DNA from: a virus
IMG/VR virus record: IMGVR_UViG_3300048837_000975
Span: 61,691 to 125,690 of that record
Length of the DNA: 64,000 nucleotides
Strand: one strand, 5' to 3'
The notes beneath the pieces were generated by a model. That model worked only from the letters and a program-made list of their open reading frames with translations, did no database searches and was not told where the DNA came from. This document shows positions 19,675 through 27,633 of this stretch, piece by piece (the stretch's first letter is position 1; each line of letters opens with the position of its first letter). The position numbers were made by a program, and so were the translations under genes.

Positions 19675-19813
19675 TATCTGAACACATCGCACCTTGCCCC
19701 AGAGACTTCCGGAAAACCGGGGTCCTGGGGTTAAGGTGTCAGAAGGGTCCGAGCGGGAACCAGGCCCGTAACTAACCAAGGTAGACCTTTCAGGAAAGTA
19801 AAAGCAAAAGACC

Positions 19814-20563
19814 ATGGCAAAAATTGTTTCTATTCGCGAGCGCGTTCATCAGCCCTTCTATGACCACCTGATCCGTACGGCTGGTATGGCGCAGGGCTCG
19901 GTCCAGGACACGAACGCTCTGTTCACCTCGAACGGCGCGCGCACCGAGGCGACCACGAACTTGATCAACGGCGCGACGCTGCCGTCTGACCAGTCGCACG
20001 TGACCCTCGTGCTTCGCGTTTTCACGTGGTTCCGTAACCCCGTTCTCCGCGTTGCGGGTGCGGATGCTGGTGAAGTGGCTGGCAACGGCGATTATGACGA
20101 TCTGGACGAGTTCCAGACCGGCGGGATCGCGGTCGGCAACGCTCCGGGTTCCACGAAGGACGTGTACCGTCTGGCGTGGCAGTCGAGCGAGCAGCTTCAC
20201 TGGACGTTCGGTGCGGGTCTGAAGCCCAGCATTGACAATATGCCTACTTGGTACTTCCCGACGGGTGGCGGCCTCCTGTCGGACCTCGCCGGCAGCACGG
20301 ACCTCGTGCACCTCAACAACGGTATGCCCTCGCATGAGAGCATTCTCCGCCTCGGCCGCGCGGTGCTCATCCCCCCGCGTCAGAACATTCTCTGCACTGC
20401 CAAGATTTTCAGCCTTCCCGACGCCGGGAACGCGCTGGCGTTCGGCACGGTGCAGGGCAGCCGCAACATGCTGTCGCTCCGCGACAACCTGAACGCGGTC
20501 GACCTCGTGCAGAAGTGCGTGAGCTTCTGTATCGATGGTCTGTTCAGCCGCGACGTTCAGTAA
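19814..20563 (+). CDS. Candidate major capsid protein (single-jelly-roll-like, 249 aa)
   Basis: Soluble beta-rich pattern (QPFYD..LF..TNL..LP..LRVF..LIPPRQ..IDG); strongly biased codon usage; own promoter and terminator; follows the core-protein gene. The fold is inferred. Confidence 0.55.
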   Translation: MAKIVSIRERVHQPFYDHLIRTAGMAQGSVQDTNALFTSNGARTEATTNLINGATLPSDQSHVTLVLRVFTWFRNPVLRVAGADAGEVAGNGDYDDLDEFQTGGIAVGNAPGSTKDVYRLAWQSSEQLHWTFGAGLKPSIDNMPTWYFPTGGGLLSDLAGSTDLVHLNNGMPSHESILRLGRAVLIPPRQNILCTAKIFSLPDAGNALAFGTVQGSRNMLSLRDNLNAVDLVQKCVSFCIDGLFSRDVQ

Positions 20564-20589
20564 CAGCGGATTCTGTCGAAATCGACAGG

Positions 20590-20627
20590 GCGAAGGGGCT
20601 CCGGGGTTGACTCGGGGCCCTTTTCGT
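20590..20627 (+). terminator. Intrinsic terminator after the candidate capsid gene
   Basis: GCGAAGGGGCTCCGGG-GTTGA-CTCGGGGCCCTTTTCGT hairpin with a U-run. Confidence 0.7.
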
Positions 20628-20634
20628 CTACAAT
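20607..20634 (+). promoter_or_regulatory. Sigma70-type promoter of the mini-array, embedded in the terminator
   Basis: TTGACT-16 nt-TACAAT; predicted start ~20641, at the first repeat. Confidence 0.7.
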
Positions 20635-20641
20635 GTAGAGC

Positions 20642-20881
20642 ATTGCGCTCTGAGGAGCGACATACAGAAGCTGACGCACCGTCGCAAATTGCGCTCTGAG
20701 GAGCGACATGCTGGGCTTCAGACCTGCGGCACCTATCATTCCACAAATTGCGCTCTGAGGAGCGACTAGAAGGGCTGATGAACGCGCTCGCGAATAGAAT
20801 TGCGCTCTGAGGAGCGACAGCCGCGACGTTCAGTAACAGCGGATTTGCGCTCTGAGGAGCGACACTTGGTACTTCCCTACA
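20642..20881 (+). CRISPR. Mini-array of five 5'-truncated CasPhi repeats; all spacers match the adjacent gene 19814-20563
   Basis: Core TTGCGCTCTGAGGAGCGAC at 20642-61, 20685-707, 20743-66, 20798-818 and 20845-63; spacer matches verified by eye. Confidence 0.95.
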
Positions 20882-20913
20882 CACTGTAATCTGGAGTGGT
20901 GCAAAAAAAGTTC

Positions 20914-20942
20914 TTGCTCCGCTTCGCATGGGCTGCTACAAC
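20914..20942 (+). promoter_or_regulatory. Putative cas12j promoter
   Basis: TTGCTC-17 nt-TACAAC with extended TG; GGAG just before ATG 20952. Confidence 0.45.
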
Positions 20943-20951
20943 GCTGGAGCG

Positions 20952-23255
20952 ATGAAGAAAACGACAAATCTGAAGATTGAAAATGGCGTATCGCCGCTTG
21001 CGCAGATGACTCGCAAGCATTTTCCGGGAAAAAGGTTTCCAGCTAGCGTCTTGAAGCCAGCTGGCAGGAAGCTCAAGGATCACGGTGAGCAAGCTGCGAT
21101 CGAATTTCTGCAGGCCAACATTGATGTTCCTTACGGGAACTTTAAGGCGCCGGCAAAGTGTAATGTTGTCGCTACTAGTCGCCCGTATAGCGAGTGGCCG
21201 CTTTACAAGTTCTCATCTGAGCTTCAGAAAGCAGTCTTTGCACTCTCAAAGGATAGGCTGATGGAGATTGAACCATCAAAGCAATCCGACGCAGAGAACG
21301 AGAAGTTCCTGTCAGCGATCGGAGTCAGCGCGGATCCGTCAATTAACGTGACGTTCGTTAGCGCGTGCATTTCAAAGGCCGTGCATACGTACCTTGGAAT
21401 GGAGAAGAAGGCTGAGAACAAGTACCAGAAGAAGTTGTCAAGGTGTCGCTCAGAGAGCGAGCTAAGTAGCGTCACACCAGAAAACGTATACAATGAAGAC
21501 GGAACGCTTTCTGACGGGTGGCGGCCCGGTTTCAATGCTAACCTATACGGAAACTCAAATAGCAAGCTGAGTCTATTCGGATCCGTTAGGTCGCACAACA
21601 AGGTGGAGCTGCCTGTGTGGCTTTCTGAATACCGAGAGTGGGCAAAGAATCGCTCAAAGGATTCAAAGATCAATGAGTACAGCGCAAGCGTTGATCGACT
21701 GTCGATTCCGGAGGGCCAGCCCGGTCACGTTCCGCTTTGGCAAAGAGACTCGTCTAAGCGAACTAAGCCGGGCGGTGGAGAGATCAAAGAAGGGGTTCGT
21801 CGTCATCGATGGTACTCGAACCGAAACAACGCGAACCGAAGGAACAAGGTTGACCAGGCAACCAGGTTGGCCGCATCGGCTATGGAGATGGTTCTTGCAA
21901 TCGCATTCTTCGGAGAGGACTGGGTTCTCTTTGACATTCGCGGACTACTTAGGAACGCTCGCTACCGCAAGCTTGTGAACAAGAATACGACATATGGCGA
22001 TCTGATGGAGTTGTTTACGGCAGATCCTGTTCTTGATACAAAGCGAGGAATCATCACCGCATCGTATAAGGACACGACTCTCAAGATCGTTCAGCAGACA
22101 ATAGTCGGCGAAAAGAAGTCCAAATCCAAGATTCTGGAAGAGGTCCAGAAGAACGGGCCGGTTGCTGTTGTATCGATCGATCTCGGTGTAAATGAGCCCG
22201 TGTCGTACCGTGTGTCGAGGGTTGATGTAGCTGGAGGGAACGCCATCGTTGCCGAGCTTGCCGCTGAAGGATTCATGAGCAACGAACTAAAGAAAGAGAT
22301 TTCTAGTTATCGGGAAAAGTCGGACGAGCTTAACGGCGATCTTCGTGAGAAGGCAGTCCTTTCCCTCTCGGACGAAATGCAGGCAGAGATTCGCCGAGTC
22401 GACGCAACGAATGCCAGTGACTCGAAGAACAGAATCTGCGAAATGCTCAGCCTGGATCCGGAAAGCGTTGACTGGTCAAAGATGACCACGCAAACCAGGT
22501 TCATTTTCAACAAGCACGTTGAGAACGGCGGGGATCCTAACGTCCTTCTGTTCACTCCGACCGAGGACAAAAAGAACAAAGGTAAGAAGAGCAAGAATAA
22601 GAAGGGCGAGTACGGAGACAGGGTTCCGCACTCCGACAGTGGGATCGCTCGGAACATTGCCAGAGAGAAGCTCAGTATGGAGACTTGCGAGGCTCTCAAC
22701 AAAGCAAAACGGGAACTGCAACAAGAAGATCCTCGGTATGGTAAGCTTTCCAAGCGAAAGCAGGAGTTCGCTCGACGCGTAGTGAACGGAGTGGTTGTGC
22801 GCGCACAGGAAGTCACTGGGTGTGATAACGTTGTGCTGGTCGTTGAGAAGCTCAACGTATCAAACAAGATGTTTAGCGGAAGCGGAAAACGAGCTCCAGG
22901 ATGGGACAACTTCTTCGTTCACAAGAAAGAGAACCGCTGGTTTATTCAGGCGCTACACAAGGCGTTCACCGACAAGGCTGCGCACAAGGGCATTCCTGTA
23001 ATCGAAATTAAACCGAGCTATACAAGTCAGACTTGCCCAGCGTGCGAGCATTGTGACAAGGACAACCGAGACGGGGTTCACTTCTGCTGCACCAGGTGCG
23101 GGTTCACCGGTCACGCGGACCTCAACGTAGCGTGCTTCAACATTGAGAAAGTTGCTCTTACTGGAGAAGCTATGAGCGGACCCGGCAGCGCAACTGCGCA
23201 CAAAAAGACTCGCAAACCAAAGAAGGCTATGGTAGAGTCAGATAAAGCCGCGTAA
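20952..23255 (+). CDS. cas12j: CasPhi (Cas12j) type V effector, ~767 aa
   Basis: CasPhi hallmark motifs KHFPG.RF, NF.APAKC.VV..SR, DIRGLLRNAR, FTADPVLD and GSGKR.PGWDNFF..KKENRWFIQ.LHKAF; RuvC D (SIDLG), E (VEKL) and D (HADLN); Zn finger; flanked by arrays. Confidence 0.95.
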   Translation: MKKTTNLKIENGVSPLAQMTRKHFPGKRFPASVLKPAGRKLKDHGEQAAIEFLQANIDVPYGNFKAPAKCNVVATSRPYSEWPLYKFSSELQKAVFALSKDRLMEIEPSKQSDAENEKFLSAIGVSADPSINVTFVSACISKAVHTYLGMEKKAENKYQKKLSRCRSESELSSVTPENVYNEDGTLSDGWRPGFNANLYGNSNSKLSLFGSVRSHNKVELPVWLSEYREWAKNRSKDSKINEYSASVDRLSIPEGQPGHVPLWQRDSSKRTKPGGGEIKEGVRRHRWYSNRNNANRRNKVDQATRLAASAMEMVLAIAFFGEDWVLFDIRGLLRNARYRKLVNKNTTYGDLMELFTADPVLDTKRGIITASYKDTTLKIVQQTIVGEKKSKSKILEEVQKNGPVAVVSIDLGVNEPVSYRVSRVDVAGGNAIVAELAAEGFMSNELKKEISSYREKSDELNGDLREKAVLSLSDEMQAEIRRVDATNASDSKNRICEMLSLDPESVDWSKMTTQTRFIFNKHVENGGDPNVLLFTPTEDKKNKGKKSKNKKGEYGDRVPHSDSGIARNIAREKLSMETCEALNKAKRELQQEDPRYGKLSKRKQEFARRVVNGVVVRAQEVTGCDNVVLVVEKLNVSNKMFSGSGKRAPGWDNFFVHKKENRWFIQALHKAFTDKAAHKGIPVIEIKPSYTSQTCPACEHCDKDNRDGVHFCCTRCGFTGHADLNVACFNIEKVALTGEAMSGPGSATAHKKTRKPKKAMVESDKAA

Positions 23256-23443
23256 TGATCTAAAACGCCGAGATCCTCTGAACCGGAGGCGCTCGCAAAC
23301 AGAAATTGACAACAAGTTCGACAGGATGCCATCTGAGCATAGAATGGCACCAGGAGGCACGAGCGCGAGATCGCTCCCGGATCGGAAAGGCTCTCGCAAA
23401 CCGTTCGGTAACCGCGCGAATCTACAGGGTCTCACGGAGACCC

Positions 23444-23972
23444 ATAGAAACCCCTACAAATTGCGCTCTGAGGAGCGACGACCGCCAAAGCAGCCAAGGT
23501 GCCAGCGCTACCGACATAGAAACCCCTACAAATTGCGCTCTGAGGAGCGACTGACCACGGGATCGCTCGCCGTCGTGAACGGAATGATCATAGAAACCCC
23601 TACAAATTGCGCTCTGAGGAGCGACCCAGTGTTCGTGACCTCTACCGCCGTCTACTTTTGGCATAGAAACCCCTACAAATTGCGCTCTGAGGAGCGACTT
23701 GGTGCCAGCCTCACCACGACCGCCGCATCAGGCGCGATAGAAACCCCTACAAATTGCGCTCTGAGGAGCGACTGAGTCCACCCAATCACTATCGAGCATA
23801 TGCCACTCCTATAGAAACCCCTACAAATTGCGCTCTGAGGAGCGACCGCGACGAACGCAAAGAGCTTGTGGCTGCGGCCCGCCATAGAAACCCCTACATA
23901 TTGCGCTCTGAGGAGCGACTTAGCTTCGCCGAGGATCTAGAAACCCCTACAAATTGCGCTCTGAGGAGCGAC
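23444..23972 (+). CRISPR. Canonical CasPhi array: 8 repeats (36 nt), 7 spacers
   Basis: Repeat ATAGAAACCCCTACAAATTGCGCTCTGAGGAGCGAC; six spacers of 36-38 nt and a last one of ~18 nt; 3' hairpin CGCTC-TGAG-GAGCG. Confidence 0.98.
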
Positions 23973-24098
23973 ACTCAAACGGAACGAACGTCAGGGGAGA
24001 CGCCACAAAACGTAAAGCTTGATTGAATTCCTGCGTCATGGTAACTTGCTATGTGTTGCAGCCCGCCATGTTGGCGGAGACCCAATCATAGGAGAACC

Positions 24099-25031
24099 AT
24101 GGCAAATATCGATCTGACTCAGCTCATTCAATCCGCTAATTTTGCGAGCGCGGCCGCGCGTAAGCACGAGCAGCAAATCTCTGGCATCGGAATGCGCGTT
24201 GCGGAGATTCAGAAGGAGTTCGGCAACCTTCGTGATGCTCTTTCGCGCGTTGAGATCTCGTCCCGCATGGGCGATCCCGGAATTCAGCGTGTTGAGAACA
24301 TTCCCGGCCGACGAGTGCCCTTCGATCTGCTCGTAGACATTCCGATCGCTGCGGGCAGCACCGCTGTTCAGCAGGGCACTATCACGATCAGCCAAGAAGG
24401 CCCGTTCGTGGCGGTCTCGCGCTTCGCTACGCTGCTTTCTGCGTACGAGTACACCTACACGGAGCCCGGCACTTCTAGCACGACGCGTTACCAAGGCCGC
24501 AGCTACGGCCGGTACCGCCCGATTCACTCTGCGTGGGATCTGAACGATGGCAATCCGATTGCGACTACGACTCTGACGACTCCGCCCACCTTCCCTGGTA
24601 CCGGTGCGCCTCTGATCGTGTCTCCGAGCAACGCGAGCAGCTTCCGCACGATGGAGGGAGACTTCCGAATCAAGTTCGAGAACGCCGGTTCCAGCTTCCC
24701 CAGAAGCAACCTCGAAGTTCCGAGCCCGTTCTGGACGAAGAGCATCAACGAGGCATTCGATCTTGGGGCTCTGGATGTGTTTGAGCGCGGCGAGGTGCTG
24801 AGCTTCCGTGTTCTTCCGCTTCATGCCGCAAACGCCTCCTATGGCAACCTCGCTGGCTACGGAACGGGCGACTATCCGTACATTGAGTCGCAGTGGGATG
24901 CTGTCGAAGGTATTGACGATACGGTCGACGCGGAAGCCACGGTGGATCCGATTACGCGTTACCCGAACTCGATTCTGACTATTGGCTTCCACGGATACCG
25001 GATCATCCAACAGCCGGGCGTCGTCTACTAA
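24099..25031 (+). CDS. Candidate second capsid/structural protein (N-terminal coil plus beta-rich domain)
   Basis: AGGAG RBS; TTGATT-17-TAACTT upstream; beta-rich with a terminal IGFHGY strand; biased codons. Confidence 0.5.
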   Translation: MANIDLTQLIQSANFASAAARKHEQQISGIGMRVAEIQKEFGNLRDALSRVEISSRMGDPGIQRVENIPGRRVPFDLLVDIPIAAGSTAVQQGTITISQEGPFVAVSRFATLLSAYEYTYTEPGTSSTTRYQGRSYGRYRPIHSAWDLNDGNPIATTTLTTPPTFPGTGAPLIVSPSNASSFRTMEGDFRIKFENAGSSFPRSNLEVPSPFWTKSINEAFDLGALDVFERGEVLSFRVLPLHAANASYGNLAGYGTGDYPYIESQWDAVEGIDDTVDAEATVDPITRYPNSILTIGFHGYRIIQQPGVVY

Positions 25032-25039
25032 GGAGCATT

Positions 25040-25870
25040 ATGAGCGATTTCGCGAGGCAATTTAGCCAAGCGTTCGCGCAGACCAACCCGCACATCGGTG
25101 GCAATCGTTCTGCCAGTGTGCGGGTTGGACAACCGGCGCCAATTCCCGAGTCCGTAAGGGGTCGGGGGTGTAGCGACGCTGCGCGCACTGTTGTGGCTGG
25201 CGGAGCAATGTCACAGTTGCTTCTGCACCCTACGTTCGTTCCGTTTGAGCTTACGTTCCGTAAGCTACCCGACGACGGCGTTTATACCGCTAACAGAATA
25301 AACCAATACGCATTTGAGCTTGGATCCTTCACGGTTCCCACTTCGATGTCATTGGCTGTCGCGGAGTACTCGTTTCGACCTTACCGCATCTCTGGGGCTG
25401 CTCCTGGAGAAGCTGTTCCGCTCGAGACAGGTAGATTGTCGTTGGAGCTTGCGTACGACCTGAACATTGACCAGTACCGTAAGGGAAACATCAAGACACA
25501 GGTTGTCCCGCGGCTACCTTCGCCTGCACAGAACGCGTTTGCTGGTAATCCTTCTGGCGGATCTGTGTTTCAGCAGTCGGTTGGCGGGCTGGCTGGATCG
25601 GCGTCGCTGGCGAGCTTCAACTCTGACGTTACATCCGGGCTCACCAACTATGGTGACGCTCTCATCATTCAGGGAACAAAGACTCAGCAGGGTCCTGAGA
25701 AGTTCCCGTTCACCTATTACGTTAGGTCCAACCAGGCTGTTCAGATGCGAGTGATCGTGTTTGGGCAGATCACGATTCCTCTTGCGTTCTTCGAGGGCGT
25801 GTTGAGCGGGTATCTGATGCCGCAGAACACTCTTGAGTCGATGCTTGACGGCGTGAGTCCCTGTCAGTGA
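25040..25870 (+). CDS. Candidate minor capsid/structural protein
   Basis: AAGGAG RBS; beta-rich with a terminal LSGYL strand. Confidence 0.45.
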   Translation: MSDFARQFSQAFAQTNPHIGGNRSASVRVGQPAPIPESVRGRGCSDAARTVVAGGAMSQLLLHPTFVPFELTFRKLPDDGVYTANRINQYAFELGSFTVPTSMSLAVAEYSFRPYRISGAAPGEAVPLETGRLSLELAYDLNIDQYRKGNIKTQVVPRLPSPAQNAFAGNPSGGSVFQQSVGGLAGSASLASFNSDVTSGLTNYGDALIIQGTKTQQGPEKFPFTYYVRSNQAVQMRVIVFGQITIPLAFFEGVLSGYLMPQNTLESMLDGVSPCQ

Positions 25871-25961
25871 GTTTGCTTGTTGCGTTGCTGCTGCGGAGGA
25901 GACAAAACACCCTACGTGGCAGCGGCGCAACGGGCAGTATCGTTAGCGAAGAGAGTGGATA

Positions 25962-26105
25962 ATGGCAAAGACAGTTTCCGTTATCTCTGGAGTGCCTGAT
26001 GGGCTGAGCGGATCGCCTGGAGCGACTATCGTTCCGTGGGTGATCATTGCCAGTGTCGTTGGATTTGTGTTTTGGTCTACGACATGTCAGATTAAGGGGA
26101 GCTAA
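25962..26105 (+). CDS. Small membrane protein (47 aa)
   Basis: DGLSG motif then a TM helix; TAATG-coupled to the next gene. Confidence 0.5.
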   Translation: MAKTVSVISGVPDGLSGSPGATIVPWVIIASVVGFVFWSTTCQIKGS

Positions 26106-26431
26106 TGTCCCTTAGTCTCGCAGACATAGAGACGATCTCCAACGTGGCGACTCGGATTGACGCGAATCCGGTGTTGCTGCTTGGAAGGTTCTTTGGGCTG
26201 AGCGCGGAAGAGCAGCGCGCGGGCGTTCCGACGTGGGGATGGATCGCTTTGGGGGTTGGCGTAGCTGTGGCTGGCGGACTGCTTCTTCATCGCAAGTACG
26301 CGAAGAACAGTAGTGAAGACGACGACGAGGAAGAGGACGAGAAGCCCAAGAAGCGTGTGAAGAAGCGCAAGAACCCAGCGAAGCGCTCTAAGATGTTTCG
26401 CGTAGTTAGGACTCCAAATGAGACGGTCTGA
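26105..26431 (+). CDS. Membrane protein with acidic/basic tail
   Basis: TM helix, then DDDEEEDE and KKRKNP. Confidence 0.65.
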   Translation: MSLSLADIETISNVATRIDANPVLLLGRFFGLSAEEQRAGVPTWGWIALGVGVAVAGGLLLHRKYAKNSSEDDDEEEDEKPKKRVKKRKNPAKRSKMFRVVRTPNETV

Positions 26432-26666
26432 CACTGAGTTTATTGCTGAGGTTGCTCTGAGGGCCGGGTTATCCGTTAACGCAACCGGCGTCGGGTATAT
26501 GTGCCTCGTGAGTCCGGACGATCCTCATTCGTCGGTCGCCTGCTATGCGGTCGTTTTGACCCAAGATGGCGTTGAGACCATTTTTGATCCTGGCGTGGGC
26601 GGTACAGTTGCTCAGGCTGAGGAAGACCTACTGTCGATTGTCAAGCGAGTTCACAAGAAATTGTGA
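26418..26666 (+). CDS. Hypothetical protein
   Basis: 82-aa ORF overlapping the upstream gene. Confidence 0.5.
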   Translation: MRRSDTEFIAEVALRAGLSVNATGVGYMCLVSPDDPHSSVACYAVVLTQDGVETIFDPGVGGTVAQAEEDLLSIVKRVHKKL

Positions 26667-26710
26667 TTCACAAGAGTTTTTGATACTCTGTATCTCAGGA
26701 GTCGAAGATT

Positions 26711-26998
26711 ATGGCTAACGGAATTCTGCAAGTTGGGCAAGGTCGTGCGGTTCGTGATGGTGTGCTTGGTTCGGTGCTTGCTACCGGTCCTGGCGCGTCG
26801 TATCGTGATGGCTCGCTTGGCGAGTACATGAGCTACGGAACGAACGGCCTTGGCGGCTGCAGCTCGTGTGGTACGAGCGGTCTCGGCGAGGGCGCGAGCG
26901 TGCTCGGTTTCGATATCGGCACTAACACCATCCTTGGCGCGCTGATCGGTGCCGCTGCAGTGTACTACGCGATTGCTAACGGCCATATCAAGGTGTGA
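26711..26998 (+). CDS. Gly-rich virion membrane protein
   Basis: AGGAG RBS; RDG.LG repeats, LGEY, GLG; TM helix. Confidence 0.65.
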   Translation: MANGILQVGQGRAVRDGVLGSVLATGPGASYRDGSLGEYMSYGTNGLGGCSSCGTSGLGEGASVLGFDIGTNTILGALIGAAAVYYAIANGHIKV

Positions 26999-27501
26999 TC
27001 GTGGCGCACAGATCCGAACATAGTCAACGGATCCTGTCTATGGCGGCGGAGTACAACGCTAAGAAGGTTGAGAGCTGCCTACGGCACATTGATCTGGAGA
27101 TGAACCGTCTTCAGGAAGCGTCAGATCGCGGCGTTGATGTTTATGAGCTGTGGACAACGGCTACTCCAGAGTCTCTCGGTAAACTCCAAGAGATGGGCAT
27201 AATCCGCAACGCCAAAGCTCTCGCTGACTCGATGGACTACTGCGCTGAGCACTATGCGCGGTGGGAGAAGGAGCAGCAGAGCGATCGTAGCTACGACTCC
27301 GAGGAGTACGAGTACAACGGAAAGAACTCGTTTAAGACGAGGGCAGCTTTCCAGATTGGTGGCCGCTGGAAGTGGGTAACGTGGGTTCACGAGGAGCCCA
27401 ATAAGCACGCAGCGATCATCGAAAAGGCGAAGGAGCTCGGAGCTTCCCGGTGGGATTACGGAAACGCAGATCATGCGTTTGTGAGTGAAGCTAACTTCTG
27501 A
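26995..27501 (+). CDS. Hypothetical protein
   Basis: 168-aa ORF with GTGA overlap. Confidence 0.55.
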   Translation: MIVAHRSEHSQRILSMAAEYNAKKVESCLRHIDLEMNRLQEASDRGVDVYELWTTATPESLGKLQEMGIIRNAKALADSMDYCAEHYARWEKEQQSDRSYDSEEYEYNGKNSFKTRAAFQIGGRWKWVTWVHEEPNKHAAIIEKAKELGASRWDYGNADHAFVSEANF

Positions 27502-27557
27502 TCTCTGCGCCAAGCCACGTCGCGAACAGCGAAGGCGCCAGACTCCTGTTGTGGCCT

Positions 27558-27596
27558 GACCCGGTGATCGCAAGGTTGCCGGGTCCTACTTTTTTG
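27558..27596 (+). terminator. Intrinsic terminator
   Basis: GACCCGGTGATC-GCAA-GGTTGCCGGGTC hairpin followed by a T-run. Confidence 0.6.
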
Positions 27597-27633
27597 TCTT
27601 CCATTTAAGCTGGATCTGTGCTAACACCGTTGG

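Noticed and set aside
19790-20929. 379-aa minus-strand ORF across the capsid gene and mini-array
   Set aside because: It is the antisense shadow of a codon-biased gene and runs through CRISPR repeats. Its duplicated NPLLLNVAA peptide merely reflects spacer 4 matching its target.
20952-23255. TnpB or IS200/IS605 element call
   Set aside because: Length, CasPhi-specific N-terminal motifs and true CRISPR arrays indicate Cas12j; no transposase is present.
23773-23781. Main-array spacer 5 begins TGAGTCCAC, matching the end of hammerhead copies 5 and 6 with a TGA flank
   Set aside because: Only 9 nt, which is expected by chance in 128 kb of two-strand sequence. Worth rechecking only against related phage genomes.
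23306-24026. Repetitive ORFs (IETPTNCALRSD, HRNPYKLRSEER)
   Set aside because: These are translations of the CRISPR repeats.
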